Source: Rhina ancylostomus
Taxonomy: Eukaryota
Direction: 5' to 3'
DNA: 64,000 bases
Assembly: GCA_030265395.1 (NCBI GenBank)
Contig: JARFYF010000104.1
Location: forward strand, 65,903,608-65,967,607
The notes under the pieces were generated by a model. That model did not search any database, had not been told where the DNA came from, and saw only the letters and a list, made by a program, of their open reading frames with translations. Of the stretch, positions 12,861 through 25,600 are shown piece after piece. The position numbers were made by a program, and so were the translations under genes. Each line of letters opens with the position of its first letter. Position 1 is the first letter of the stretch.

Positions 12861-13239
12861 TGGATAATTGGTGGCCAAAGGCCTAGTTAGACCTGTGGCT
12901 CTCTGAATGGGGTGGGTGCCAGTTATGGATGAGCAAGAGCCACACCAGCTGAATAGCGAAGGGCTGGGGTCTGGTGATTAGGGCAGGGATTGGCTACAGG
13001 GAGTTTGAAGACTGGCATTTTCAACATTGGTGGATGACATCAGGTACAGGCAGCTCTAATTATATAGTGAATTATGGAGCAGTAGAGTGAAACATCAGAG
13101 CCTCAGTTCAGGCAAATATGAGGCTTGGGAGTGAGATTAGAAATAGTAAGGAATAAAGGCAGGTCATTTGCTTACCTGGCAATCCTCATAGTCTGGCACT
13201 GCAGTGAAGACCATATTGTCCCAGGGCTATTCAATAATG

Positions 13240-13560
13240 ATTGCTCTCTGGACAACCTCATCCAAGTTCTCTCCACGACTCCCTTGTTCACCCCTCCCTC
13301 CCACCCCCCGGGAACTTTCCACTGCCCCTGCCATAGGTGCAACACCTGCCCCTACACCACCTCCTTCACCTCCATCCAGGGACCCAAGCAGTCCTTTCAG
13401 ATAAGACAGAGATTCACCTGCACCTCCCTTAATATCATTTAATGCATTCAGTGCTCCAGGTGTGGCCTCCTCTACATTGGTGAGGCCAAAGGCAGACTAG
13501 GTGATCATTTTGCAGAATACCTGCACTCTGTCTGTAACCACGAGCTACATCTTCTTGCTC
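13240..13560 (+). mobile_element. Penelope-like element GIY-YIG endonuclease relic
   Basis: PGTFHCPCHRCNTCP...FQIRQRFTCTSLNII*CIQCSRCGLLYIGEAKGRLGDHFAEY: Cys-rich linker followed by the GIY-YIG motif, with an in-frame stop. Confidence 0.85.
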
Positions 13561-13839
13561 CACCTCATCCAAGTTCTCTTGTAATGCTCCACTAGAGCAG
13601 GCATTGGCATCCTCCTAAGTCCCTCGGATGTGGAAATTGGGCCAGAGTTACAAGGGTGACAGGTTCAGAACCGGTTGGTTGAATTGCCATAGTGAAGTGA
13701 GAAATCTCAGAAATGGTAGTTATTACATTTCACACTGGAAAAAAAAATATTTTTGTTGCAAGAAATGTTAAGTGGCATGTAACATTCATACTATTTAAGT
13801 GCCAGGCAAAGATCAAATCCAATAAGAGGAAGTTTAACC

Positions 13840-14290
13840 ACCTGCCTGCCTACCTTTGACATTCAATGCATTACCATCCACAAGCCCCCACCATCGATAT
13901 CCTAGAGATCACCACTGACCAGAAACGTAACTGGACCGGCTACAAGAGCAAGTCGGATGCTGGCTATCCTTTGGTGAGTGTCTTATCTCCTGACATGCCA
14001 AGACCTTCCCAAGGCACAAATCAGTAGTGTAATATTCACCACTTACCTGGATGTGTGCAGACCCAACAACTCTTAAGAAGCTCAACTTCAAACAGGACAA
14101 AGCCNNNNNNNNNNCGCCTGATTAACAGGCACTCCATAAACTTTAGTTCCTTAGTCAATGGCATGCAGTGGTCGTAGTGAGTACTGTGTACAAAATGCAC
14201 AGCAGTTACTTGCCCAGATGACTCTGAAACAACTTCCAAAATGTGTGATCTCTACCATCAAGGACAATGGCAGCTGCTGCATGGAAACAC
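13840..14290 (+). mobile_element. Old CR1-group LINE RT C-terminal fragment
   Basis: caaggcacaaatcagtagtg...aatattcaccacttacctggatg...acaactcttaagaagctcaac corresponds to a degenerate YKAQVRS..EYSPLAW motif. Confidence 0.6.
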
Positions 14291-14434
14291 CAGCACTGGA
14301 CTAGGAAATATAACACCAGTTCTTCGTCTATATCACCTTCTGTTCTCCAACCACCACTGGACTCTCCTGAACCACTGTCAGAGTCCTCCTATCCTGTCTT
14401 CAGGATGTGCCAGTTCCCCTATCCCATATCCTCC

Positions 14435-14780
14435 TCTTGAACTTCTACAGAGGCTCTATAGAAAATATCCTGACAGGTTGCATCTCAGCCTGGTAATGGC
14501 AACTGCTCTGGGGACTGACAGAACCTGCAGAAAGTGGTAAATACTGCCCAATCCATTAAAGACCCATCACTTCCTTCCATCCAGTCCAGCTTTACAATGC
14601 ATTGCATCAGAAAGTGTAACAGTATCATCAAGGATGCCTGCCACCCTGGCCATTCCCTTTTCTCTCTTCTACTTTCGAGGAGAAGATACAGGACCTTGAA
14701 AGCCCGGACAACCAGTCTCAAGAACAGCTTCTTCCCCACTGCTATCAGATTTCTGAACTTCTTTCATATCCCCTTCCCGA
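14435..14780 (+). mobile_element. Rex1/Babar LINE RT C-terminus
   Basis: VNTAQSI...LPSI...IIKDACHPGHSLFSLLLSRRRYRTLKARTTSLKNSFFPTAIRFLN. Confidence 0.85.
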
Positions 14781-15479
14781 TGTTCTGCCATGTTCTTGAA
14801 CTCTTAATTCTTCCTCCCCCGTTATTCTCATTTTAGCATTTCTTTTTGCACTACTTCCATTTGTACCTGTCCTCTGCAGGAGCTCTTCTACTTCACAGTT
14901 ACATCTGATTTCTGTTCTAAACTTCAGTCTTGAGGAACAGGATATCAGGAAAAAATAGCTTCCCTATCTTCCCAACAGTAGCACCTCTGCACATACCTCC
15001 CCACCAGCTAAAATACAAGCAAAGTTATTCAAAAGGAATTCAGTTTTATGATGCAAATTGAGGTTTTCCCAATGTTTAGAGAGCACACAAAAGAAATGTA
15101 CGTTTTGAACTGTGGAACTCAGACCATTAGATTTGTAAAATCAAAAACTATGTATTTGTAGCTAGAAATAAAAGCAACAACAATAACAGTGATGTAATAT
15201 TACACTAAAAATAATTCAATATTTCTGATATTTTGGTATTATGAAGTGTCCAGGAAGAGTAAGAACCCAAATTAATCAAATGGACCGACAAATGTGAGCT
15301 TGAAAAAGATACACTTTACAAAATTTGCATGTTCCCTTAGGACCAGTGAGAACTTGACATGTTTATGTCTCTTTATTTTCATGACCTGCTTAATCAATAG
15401 GTAAAGGTCCTTATGATAGGTGGAAGCAAATGCGTTTTCTCCTTGAATCCCCATTGTCTTCGATTTTACCAGAGCTCAT

Positions 15480-15850
15480 TGATGTCAAACTTGATCATAT
15501 GCTGTTTCAAAGTCAAATGCAGTCACTCTTACCTCACCTCGAGAATTCAGCTCTTCTGACTAAGGTTGTAAGGAGGCATACAGCAGAGTAATCCTGGCAT
15601 AACCCAAACCCAGCACCAGCGAGCAGCTTATTGAGTAAGGTATTACTTGATTGCACTATTGACTGCCTCTTCCATCAGTTTGATGAAGGTTAAAAGTAAG
15701 CTGATGAGGCAGTAATTAGTTGGATTGGAGTTGTCTTTTTTGCAAACAGGATGTATGTGAGCCATGTTTCACATGGGTGGTTGCCAATATTGTTGCTGCA
15801 TCAGAACAGTATGGCTACAGATGTAGCTGATTGTAGAGCACGGTTTAGGG
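15480..15850 (-). mobile_element. Old CR1-group LINE fragment
   Basis: Reverse complement resembles the copy at 58280-58450 (cttgatcatatgctgtttc...gtcaaatgcagtcactcttacctcacctc). Confidence 0.45.
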
Positions 15851-17224
15851 TGCTATTCTTCTGCTATAATGTAAAATACTCCAAGTTCTCCCTAAGTCGC
15901 ATGTTATCGTAATATTGCCACTAGGTCAATATCCTGGAATTTTCTATTTTAACACCATTATGAGAACTCTACAGACACAAGGGCTGTTGAAGGAGGAAGT
16001 CCATCATTATTTACCAGAGACAGCTAACAAGGGACAACAAATCCAGTGGTGTCAAGAATCATTCACATTACCAAGAACAAATAAATAAAAATTCTCAAGG
16101 TTGTACCTTTACCTGGGTACTGATATTTGGCACTGATATTTGGTATATTTCAGAATATATTAAATAAATCATTATTGATCACCAGTTATCATCAATTCTG
16201 GTAAACTTCAACATTTGGATGATGTCTAGCTCCAGCAGCTCTTGCTTTCACAGAGAATATGCTAAATATTTGGTTCACAGCGCATGTATCAAGGTCATAA
16301 TAAATAGCCTAAATGGTGATGGTAAATGTTTTCCATGTCCTTTTTATAGTACCTTTACAAACTCTATGAAGTGTGCAGCACTGAATTGCCCTGATGTTCT
16401 AGCTGAGGCATAATCACTCATTTACAAAGTTCTAACTTGATGGGACATATCTTGTCTGAGGCTGCTTGCATGAAACATGCCATATCACAGTGGCTGTATG
16501 CTGTACACTGTTGCCAGCTTCATTGACTTCAATGAAACTGAATTTAAGAAGTGGAATACAACCCAAAAATGAATTTCTATCTCAATCTCTTTGTTTTATA
16601 TTCTCTGCCCATATTTATAAACCAAGTGCCTTTCTATTCACCTTGCAACCTTGCACTGCTGCCTTTAAGGATTGTGTATATTGAACACTATGATTTCTCT
16701 GCTCATCTACACTTTTCAAAACAATGCCACTAATTTTTTATATTAGTTCTCCAAAGTGCATAACTTCACATTGAACTCCATTTGCCATGCTTACTTTCCA
16801 ACAATGTACTCAGAAATTTCCATGTAATACTGTGACAATTTTTTTGGATTTGGAACTTTATTACCATTTTTATGTCTTGCATGTCCCTTAATTAAAAACA
16901 GAAAATGTTAAACAAAACTCTTTAGCTCTGCCAACATCTTGTTTGATTTCCAACATGCATAGTTCTTTCAAATTTTCATCTCTATCACTCCTTCATCATT
17001 GGTTTTCCACAAAAATGTCTGAGGAGTATTTTGATACCACGCTGGGATCAAACAAACCACAACAGAAGCTTGAGCAGTAGGATTTTGTGGAGATTTATAT
17101 TTTAAATACAACAACTCTTTAGCACCTTTTGGCATAATCTGAGCAGTACAATACAACATCTATGGGTTTTCTTGGTTGTGGTACTTGTAGGCTATTTATG
17201 AAGTACCAATATTGGAATTTTTTA

Positions 17225-17460
17225 CTTTTGACAACAAAGATCACCCCATGAAGGTGAAATTCTTCTGGTTTACCCCTCAAGAAGGAGGCGAACTCACCAC
17301 CTTATTCTGCCCATCATGTTTCACTCAGGCAACAACGTCAATGTCAAAGTGCTTGAGTTCCTGGACGACAGCCTCCATGGGATTCAGGCCTGTCCCTGTC
17401 TGGCCTGTTTGTGAGGGTGCTCGTGTTCCACGTCCCGAACCTTCACGTGAGTGAAAGTTG
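17225..17460 (-). mobile_element. RTE-clade LINE AP-endonuclease N-terminal relic
   Basis: Across frames: FGTWNTSTL...DRP...ELKHFDIDVVA(LSET)...GKPEE...HGVIFVVK, matching the APE motifs WNVR..L, DIAALSET and HGVGF. Confidence 0.75.
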
Positions 17461-18199
17461 CCTTCTTTTAATGTGGGATAGCTGTTGTCCACCAGTAACC
17501 ACATAGACTTCACAGAGCAAAGACTTGATCCAATGGCTAGAGGTTCCAAGACAATTGGAGACTGGACACCACTGCATGTACATTATCACATTATCCCCAC
17601 ATGTCCTCCAGGATTTTTCAGCCTTGGGAGAAATTCTGTTCTCCATCACTGAGTGGTTTTCTCTCAGCAACAGGTCAAGCAGATGATAGCAGGCATGCAC
17701 TGTGGTGCCTGGCTTTCTTTGCCACCCCCCTGCATCCCTTCCAACTTTCCAGCTGCTGGCAACACAGCCAAGATCCAATCCCAGTCTCCCGAACATCTCC
17801 CAGAAAAACCTTGGGGGGGGGAGAGGTGAGGGGGGGATAACTGTCCACTGAGTATCAGGAGATTGAAGTTTCCCAGTATTCAAACCAGATTGTGAATTCT
17901 TTTACCTTGGGACCACTGTCTCTGGCGCTGTCCCGAAACTCATTGCCATCTCATTCACTGATACACACGAGACAATGGGCCACACAGTCAATACCTGCAA
18001 AGCAAAGATTCTTTTCCAACCTGCCCCTGCTGTACGACACCACTATGCAATACTTCCCACATCTTGAAAGCCACCTTTCAATAAAGGCAGACATCAGTAA
18101 TAAAACTCTCTGTAGCCTTTGTTTGCTAGTTATCTAGCTGTATGAGAAAAATGAATGTTTACGGATCAAGACCTCAAACCTAGAACAAAGCTGGGTTTA

Positions 18200-18730
18200 A
18201 TTGGTAGCAATGATCCCTGACCTCCTGTATACTTCTGAGATATAGGCTACCTGTAGCAGGTATCTCAAAGTACTGGAGAGCTACCACCAATGTTATCACT
18301 GCAAAATCCTCTGGATCTATTTACAAATTAAGCACTCTTATGTCAGTGCTCTCTCCCAGGCCAACATCTTTAGCACTGAGGAGAAAACTACCTTCAGTTG
18401 GGAGTGAAGGCCAGGCCATACCATTTGCATGCCTGTCACTGGATTCCTGAAACAAACACTCTGTACTGAGCTCCATCATTACCAGGTAGACAGAGGAAAG
18501 GAATCAAGGATATTTCTTAAGTTTTCTTGAAAAATTGCAGCATCCGCACTGACATGGGAAAAGAAGAATGTGGCTTGGCACTGAGAACACTGAGTACAAT
18601 TTATTGGGAGCTCACAACAGCACAATTGGCATAAGGAGCACATCGCCTTCAAATGATCTACATGCATGCCCTGTCCCCATCATGCATCTCACACCCCTTG
18701 AGTTCCACATTGACCTCATCAGTCACTCTA
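18200..18730 (+). mobile_element. RTE-clade LINE RT C-terminal relic
   Basis: LLYTSEI*ATCSRYLKVLESYHQCYHCKILWI resembles RTE LLYGSETW...LERFHQRCLRKIL. Confidence 0.7.
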
Positions 18731-20188
18731 GACCCAAAGGACTGGAGTGGAAGTAAGACATCCCTGATCCTGAAGGACTGCTTAAGAGGAAGAAATATTA
18801 TTATAATAATCCCATTTAGTACCTATGGATGGTATAAGATCTTTCAGCACAGCTTTGTGAAGTATGTAAGTAGCTCTGAGAAACCTCTTTGTAGTTAATC
18901 ATGTTTGCCTTAATAAAACTGTCATTTTAAGTTGGCCTGGTACCAACAACTTTATACATCAATACAGGGAGCAAGGACATTGAAGGATTAATGTCCTTGC
19001 CAAGGTGAGCTGCTGATTTCAGTCAGCTATCAGGACAGGGTTAGACAGAGAGGAAGGATAACTCAGTAGGTGAATGACTAGGCTACTTTTCTAATAGAGA
19101 GCTCAGAAATAAATCATTCAATCAAGCATCAAGACTAATAATAGCTTAAGATGATTTCAAAATGCCAGGTACATGCCTACTGCTATCTTTATGCTGCATC
19201 TCTTCATGCACTGAGAGACAGGACACTACAGTATAATTGGTAAATCAACTCCCACACTACAGTTAGGAGCTTGATTTAAGCTTAAATAAAATAGAAACAG
19301 CATCTTTCTCCAAATGCTGCCTGATGTGTTGAGTATTTACAGAAATTTCTGTTTTATTTTGGGCTACATTTCACAGGGTTCAGAAAATCCAGCAGCTGAA
19401 GGAAGATGGATGATCTTGGCTCAACCAGCTCTGAGTTTCTATGGTTGGTGGTCAGAGCTGCAGGAGTACTTCCCCCAAAAATCCAAGCACACCAGTCAAG
19501 AACCAGTGAAGACAGGTGGGAGTTTGTTTGTGATATTGGAATCATAAATGCATATCACTGTAATTAAAAGCATTCAAATTAAGTTTTATCAAAATTTAAA
19601 TTTTTGTTCTTAATACTGGAAGCATCTCATGAATAATCCTTCTTCTCTCAGAACTTTTCCAAAAGGGCTTTCTTGAGTTGATTCTCCTCTTCCTCATTTC
19701 AACTGACCCAGAAAGTTGGGCTTATAACATAGCATCACAGGAGATTCNNNNNNNNNNNNNNNNNNNNNNNNNNNNNNNNNNNNNNNNNNNNNNNNNNNNN
19801 NNNNNNNNNNNNNNNNNNNNNNNNNNNNNNNNNNNNNNNNNNNNNNNNNNNNNNNNNNNNNNNNNNNNNNNNNNNNNNNNNNNNNNNNNNNNNNNNNNNN
19901 NNNNNNNNNNNNNNNNNNNNNNNNNNNNNNNNNNNNNNNNNNNNNNNNNNNNNNNNNNNNNNNNNNNNNNNNNNNNNNNNNNNNNNNNNNNNNNNNNNNN
20001 NNNNNNNNNNNNNNNNNNNNNNNNNNNNNNNNNNNNNNNNNNNNNNNNNNNNNNNNNNNNNNNNNNNNNNNNNNNNNNNNNNNNNNNNNNNNNNNNNNNN
20101 NNNNNNNNNNNNNNNNNNNNNNNNNNNNNNNNNNNNNNNNNNNNNNNNNNNNNNNNNNNNNNNNNNNNNNNNNNNNNNNNNNNNNNNN

Positions 20189-20440
20189 CAATGAATTCCA
20201 CAGATTGACCACCGTCTGGCTAAAGAAATTCCTCCTCATCTCAGTTCTAAAGGGATGCCCTTTTATTCTGAGGCTGTACCCTCTGGTCCTAGACTCTCCC
20301 ACAACTGGAAACACCCTCTCCATGTCCACTCTATCCAGGCCTTTCAATATTCAATAGGTTTCAATGAGATCCCTTCTCATCCTTCTAAACTCCAGCGAGT
20401 ACAGGTCGAGAGCCCTCGAACGCTCCTCATACATTAACCA
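20189..20440 (-). mobile_element. CR1 RT C-terminal fragment
   Basis: MKGLDRVDMERVFPVVGESRTRGYSLRIKGHPFRTEMRRNFFSQTVVNLWNSL. Confidence 0.9.
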
Positions 20441-20904
20441 AATGTCTGGCTCTAATTTTGAGGCTATGTCCTCTTAGCCTGGACACCTACAACTGATGAA
20501 ATGGCTTTTTCATCCTACAAACTCCTCCAATATTTTTAAACACCTCAATTAGTTCTCTGCTTAATTTTCAATACATGAGGAAACATAATAATTGTAATAT
20601 AATTGAGGGATCAAGATATTCTTTGTGATGATCAGGATGCCCTTCACTTGAAGTAATTGGTTCAAGGAATACGCAGTGAAATAAATTAACTTTATTATGT
20701 CTACAATTGCAGTAGAACTTTGGTGTTAAATAATAAGGAAAAACCTTGGCAAGGTTTAAAAAAAGTAGTAAAATTATTATCTGTTAGAATTGCAGACAGA
20801 ACAGTTAGATTGTATTTTAACAGTGCTCTTAATTCAAGTTCTGTCTTACTCCTTTCAACCATGGTGATGAACAACACTATGTCCTTTGGGACTTTGCTAC
20901 TTCA

Positions 20905-22625
20905 CCTTTAATCACAGTGCTGGTCTGAGGAAATAGATGAGTTTCTACTCAACTGGTTTGAGTCGGTAGACTGGTCCCCAGTCAAAGACTCAGTTGCCAG
21001 CCTAGGTGAGTATGTCACCACTGTCACGGACTTTATCAGCAAGTGTGTTGAGGACTGTGTACCAAAGATGACAATTTGGGTGTTCCCAAACCGGAAAGTG
21101 TAGATAAACTGGGAAATACACTCCTTACTGATGTCCAGGACTGTGGCATTCAAATCAGGTGACAAGAGACAATACTAGTTCAATATTAAGTCCCAAACCA
21201 GTCTTCAGTTGTGGCAGGGCTTATATGCTATAACGGGCTACAAAACGAAGACGGGCAGCAAGGCCGACAACAGCACATCCCTTCCTGATGAGCCTAACAC
21301 ATTCTATGCATGTTTTGTCAGAAGGGGATTAGAATGTCACCACCCTTCGCTACAGCCTCCAGTGCAGCTGAACCCATAGTCATCACTGCAGACATAAGAT
21401 CAGTCTTCTGGAGAGTGAACCTNNNNNNNNNNNNNNNNNNNNNNNNNNNNNNNNNNNNNNNNNNNNNNNNNNNNNNNNNNNNNNNNNNNNNNNNNNNNNN
21501 NNNNNNNNNNNNNNNNNNNNNNNNNNNNNNNNNNNNNNNNNNNNNNNNNNNNNNNNNNNNNNNNNNNNNNNNNNNNNNNNNNNNNNNNNNNNNNNNNNNN
21601 NNNNNNNNNNNNNNNNNNNNNNNNNNNNNNNNNNNNNNNNNNNNNNNNNNNNNNNNNNNNNNNNNNNNNNNNNNNNNNNNNNNNNNNNNNNNNNNNNNNN
21701 NNNNNNNNNNNNNNNNNNNNNNNNNNNNNNNNNNNNNNNNNNNNNNNNNNNNNNNNNNNNNNNNNNNNNNNNNNNNNNNNNNNNNNNNNNNNNNNNNNNN
21801 NNNNNNNNNNNNNNNNNNNNNNNNNNNNNNNNNNNNNNNNNNNNNNNNNNNNNNNNNNNNNNNNNNNNNNNNNNNNNNNNNNNNNNNNNNNNNNNNNNNN
21901 NNNNNNNNNNNNNNNNNNNNNNNNNNNNNNNNNNNNNNNNNNNNNNNNNNNNNNNNNNNNNNNNNNNNNNNNNNNNNNNNNNNNNNNNNNNNNNNNNNNN
22001 NNNNNNNNNNNNNNNNNNNNNNNNNNNNNNNNNNNNNNNNNNNNNNNNNNNNNNNNNNNNNNNNNNNNNNNNNNNNNNNNNNNNNNNNNNNNNNNNNNNN
22101 NNNGTACGATTGGTTTGTAAGACAAGCTTTTCACTGTACCTCAGTACAAGTGACAATAATAAACCAATACCAATACCAATTGTGGACATAGCTCAGCACA
22201 TCACAGAAACCAGCCTTCCCTCCATGGACTCTGTCTATACTTGTCGCTGCCTGGGTAAAGCAGACGACATAATCAAAGACCCCACCCACCCCGGATATTC
22301 TTTCTCCTCGCCCCTCCCATTGGGTAGAATATACAAATGCCTGAAAGCTTAAGGCTCAAGGATAGCTTCTATCCTGCTGTCATAAGATAATAGAACGGTC
22401 CCCTAGTACGATAAGGTGGACTCTTGACCTCACAGTCTACTTTGTTATGGCCTTGCACCTTATTGTCTACCTGTAACTGTAACACTTTATTCTGCGCTCT
22501 GTTATTGTTTTACCTTGTACTACCTCAATGCACTATTGTAATGAATTGATCTGTATGGACGTCATGCAAGAAAGTTTTTCACTGTACCTCTATACATGTG
22601 ACATAAACCAATATGAAATAAACCA
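20905..22625 (+). mobile_element. 5'-truncated Rex1/Babar LINE, gapped, with a second Rex 3' end (22104-22180) nested inside
   Basis: WSEEIDEFLLNWFESVDWS...VTDFISKCVEDCVPK...FPN at 20920-21095; IAQHITETSLPS...IIKDPTHPG at 22185-22350; two separate tttcactgtacctc...aaaccaat tails. Confidence 0.85.
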
Positions 22626-25600
22626 ACTCACTATTTTACCAGTTAACAGGAATATCATTATTGCAGGAGAATTGTTCAGAGCTGGATCTTCCCAAAGTTA
22701 ATCAGCCAGTCCATTATGAATAGAGATCGAGCTTCCTCGCATAACGCATCAATAATGCAGGTGCATTCTACAAGATTAGTGATCAGGCCAAAATTACTAT
22801 GTACCAACTTAAAACTATGGATATAGACTTTATGAAGATCTGAAATGAATGCAAAGTGAAACAGAATGAAACTTCTCGTCACAAAGAGTCTTGCTTCATT
22901 TGTTTCTGCTGTCAGATTGGATGTTGATTCCTATTGTATTTATACTGCAAGCCAGGTTTATTGAGTCTATGGATATATTGATGTACTTTGAATATTATGA
23001 GTATACTTCTGAATATCATGGACTTGTTACATAATTTTTAAATACACCTTTGTGACATGCAAGATATCTCACTACATGCAGAGCAATTAATTTCACGCTG
23101 TCATTACAGTTTTCCATTAATGCATTTTAAGATAAGAAATATGAATACCAGGGCATTTTGTTATCCTCATCAGCCCTACAGACAGCTATTATATAGGGGG
23201 AAAGAATTTTCACTACATCACTTTCTTATCTCTATTTACAGCAAAGGTTGAACTGATACACACAGATTTTAAACACAAGATTATTTAACTCATCAATCAT
23301 AATATCCTGATGTAAAAGATTTTCATTTCTTTTATTAACTGCTTCCAATTTTGTTTCATCATGTCAAATTTTTGATCCCAGTTTATCTCATATATAGATT
23401 AAACACCTATTTTCATGGATTCTAAAATGTTCTCTCACATGCCATTCAGTGAATCTGTTGCCATTCAACTTTTCAGAGGGAGGTTGTCTTGAGCTGCGTC
23501 TGATGCAAGGAATTCCTCTGCATAAAAGACGCACTGCTGTTCATTTGTAATATACCCTCTNNNNNNNNNNNNNNNNNNNNNNNNNNNNNNNNNNNNNNNN
23601 NNNNNNNNNNNNNNNNNNNNNNNNNNNNNNNNNNNNNNNNNNNNNNNNNNNNNNNNNNNNNNNNNNNNNNNNNNNNNNNNNNNNNNNNNNNNNNNNNNNN
23701 NNNNNNNNNNNNNNNNNNNNNNNNNNNNNNNNNNNNNNNNNNNNNNNNNNNNNNNNNNNNNNNNNNNNNNNNNNNNNNNNNNNNNNNNNNNNNNNNNNNN
23801 NNNNNNNNNNNNNNNNNNNNNNNNNNNNNNNNNNNNNNNNNNNNNNNNNNNNNNNNNNNNNNNNNNNNNNNNNNNNNNNNNNNNNNNNNNNNNNNNNNNN
23901 NNNNNNNNNNNNNNNNNNNNNNNNNNNNNNNNNNNNNNNNNNNNNNNNNNNNNNNNNNNNNNNNNNNNNNNNNNNNNNNNNNNNNNNNNNNNNNNNNNNN
24001 NNNNNNNNNNNNNNNNNNNNNNNNNNNNNNNNNNNNNNNNNNNNNNNNNNNNNNNNNNNNNNNNNNNNNNNNNNNNNNNNNNNNNNNNNNNNNNNNNNNN
24101 NNNNNNNNNNNNNNNNNNNNNNNNNNNNNNNNNNNNNNNNNNNNNNNNNNNNNNNNNNNNNNNNNNNNNNNNNNNNNNNNNNNNNNNNNNNNNNNNNNNN
24201 NNNNNNNNNNNNNNNNNNNNNNNNNNNNNNNNNNNNNNNNNNNNNNNNNNNNNNNNNNNNNNNNNNNNNNNNNNNNNNNNNNNNNNNNNCCAAAAATCTT
24301 CATGCCACAAGGAATGACAATATTTCATTTCTCACTTCAATGTGTGGGGCTCCTGAACAAAATGACAATATGGAACACCATAAAGAAGTTGAAATATGCC
24401 ATGTTAGGGAACTCATATCAAAGCATTGATAACCAATTGTTAGGAAATCTGCTCCGTTTTAACATCCCAGGTCAAGCCCGATGAATGTCATCCATTTTAG
24501 CACATTACTAGGATGCTCATCACAACAATTCACATCTGTTAAATAAATGAGATGTACAGCTTGAGCCAGGAGTATGAAATTTCTTTAAAGGTACTTCTTG
24601 TGTATCACTAGTACAGAAAGAAAATTCTTACACCTTTGACTCATTGAACTTGCTCTTTCATTTTGATACTCATGGCAATTTCTGGTCTAATTCACCTTTT
24701 TAATAACTGTTAATTTAAAATAATTACTTATTTGGCAATTATGTGTGACTAGTGCACTACATAACAAGTGCAGAACATCTGTGTTCTCCTGAACATTTTA
24801 ACCTTTCAGATGGTATTTTTTTGCCTTCAAGGTTGTTATTAATGACTTATGTACCCTTCTTAAGTCATTTTGTTCACTTGTACTTCTTTTCAACTTATTT
24901 GCAATTGTCAATCTAAATTACTTTGATAAATGCAGTTAATTTATATAGCAGTGACAAGAAGGTGTATGTTAATAGTATTGATTGGATTTACATAGTAGTA
25001 GCCTTTCATTTTAATATTAGGGGAGGTGATTTCTATAGATGAATTCAAAATGAAAAGCTATTTTTATCCTAATAACTTTGGCTGATATTTGGAATGCTGA
25101 AATAGGGAATTTCAAACCAATTTGGCTGTCACCTAATTTTAATTAGTTTTCTGCCTCTTGTGCAGTGTAAAATCTGTGTATTCATGCGCTATCCATTCAT
25201 TATGACCATAATAACACACAGCATGACTAATCTGTCCATCAACAGGAAATTAGCCACATTAACTTTACATACCAGTATTCACTTCGATTTTCATACTTTA
25301 TTAGATATGGTGGAGGACTTGAATACTCACAATAATTGCATGAACACATATGCTCCAACCCCAATTAACTCATCAGTCGATACCATGAGTTATTTTAGCT
25401 TCATTTTCTGGCAGTTTTTTTTCCTGAGTGCTAATGGAGGGCAGATGCTCTTGAAGGTTTACCTCATGCATGGAATGATAGAGTTTAGATCTGTGGTGTG
25501 TGACCCATATTGCTAATTATTGTTAATACTGAAAATACCATCCTCCTGAAGTTTAAGCAGCATCCTGTCTTTTGAACTACAATTAATCTCACATTACTTG

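Noticed and set aside
19678-24328. Long ORFs of 150-290 aa (also 38052-38887)
   Set aside because: They are open only because they run through N gaps.
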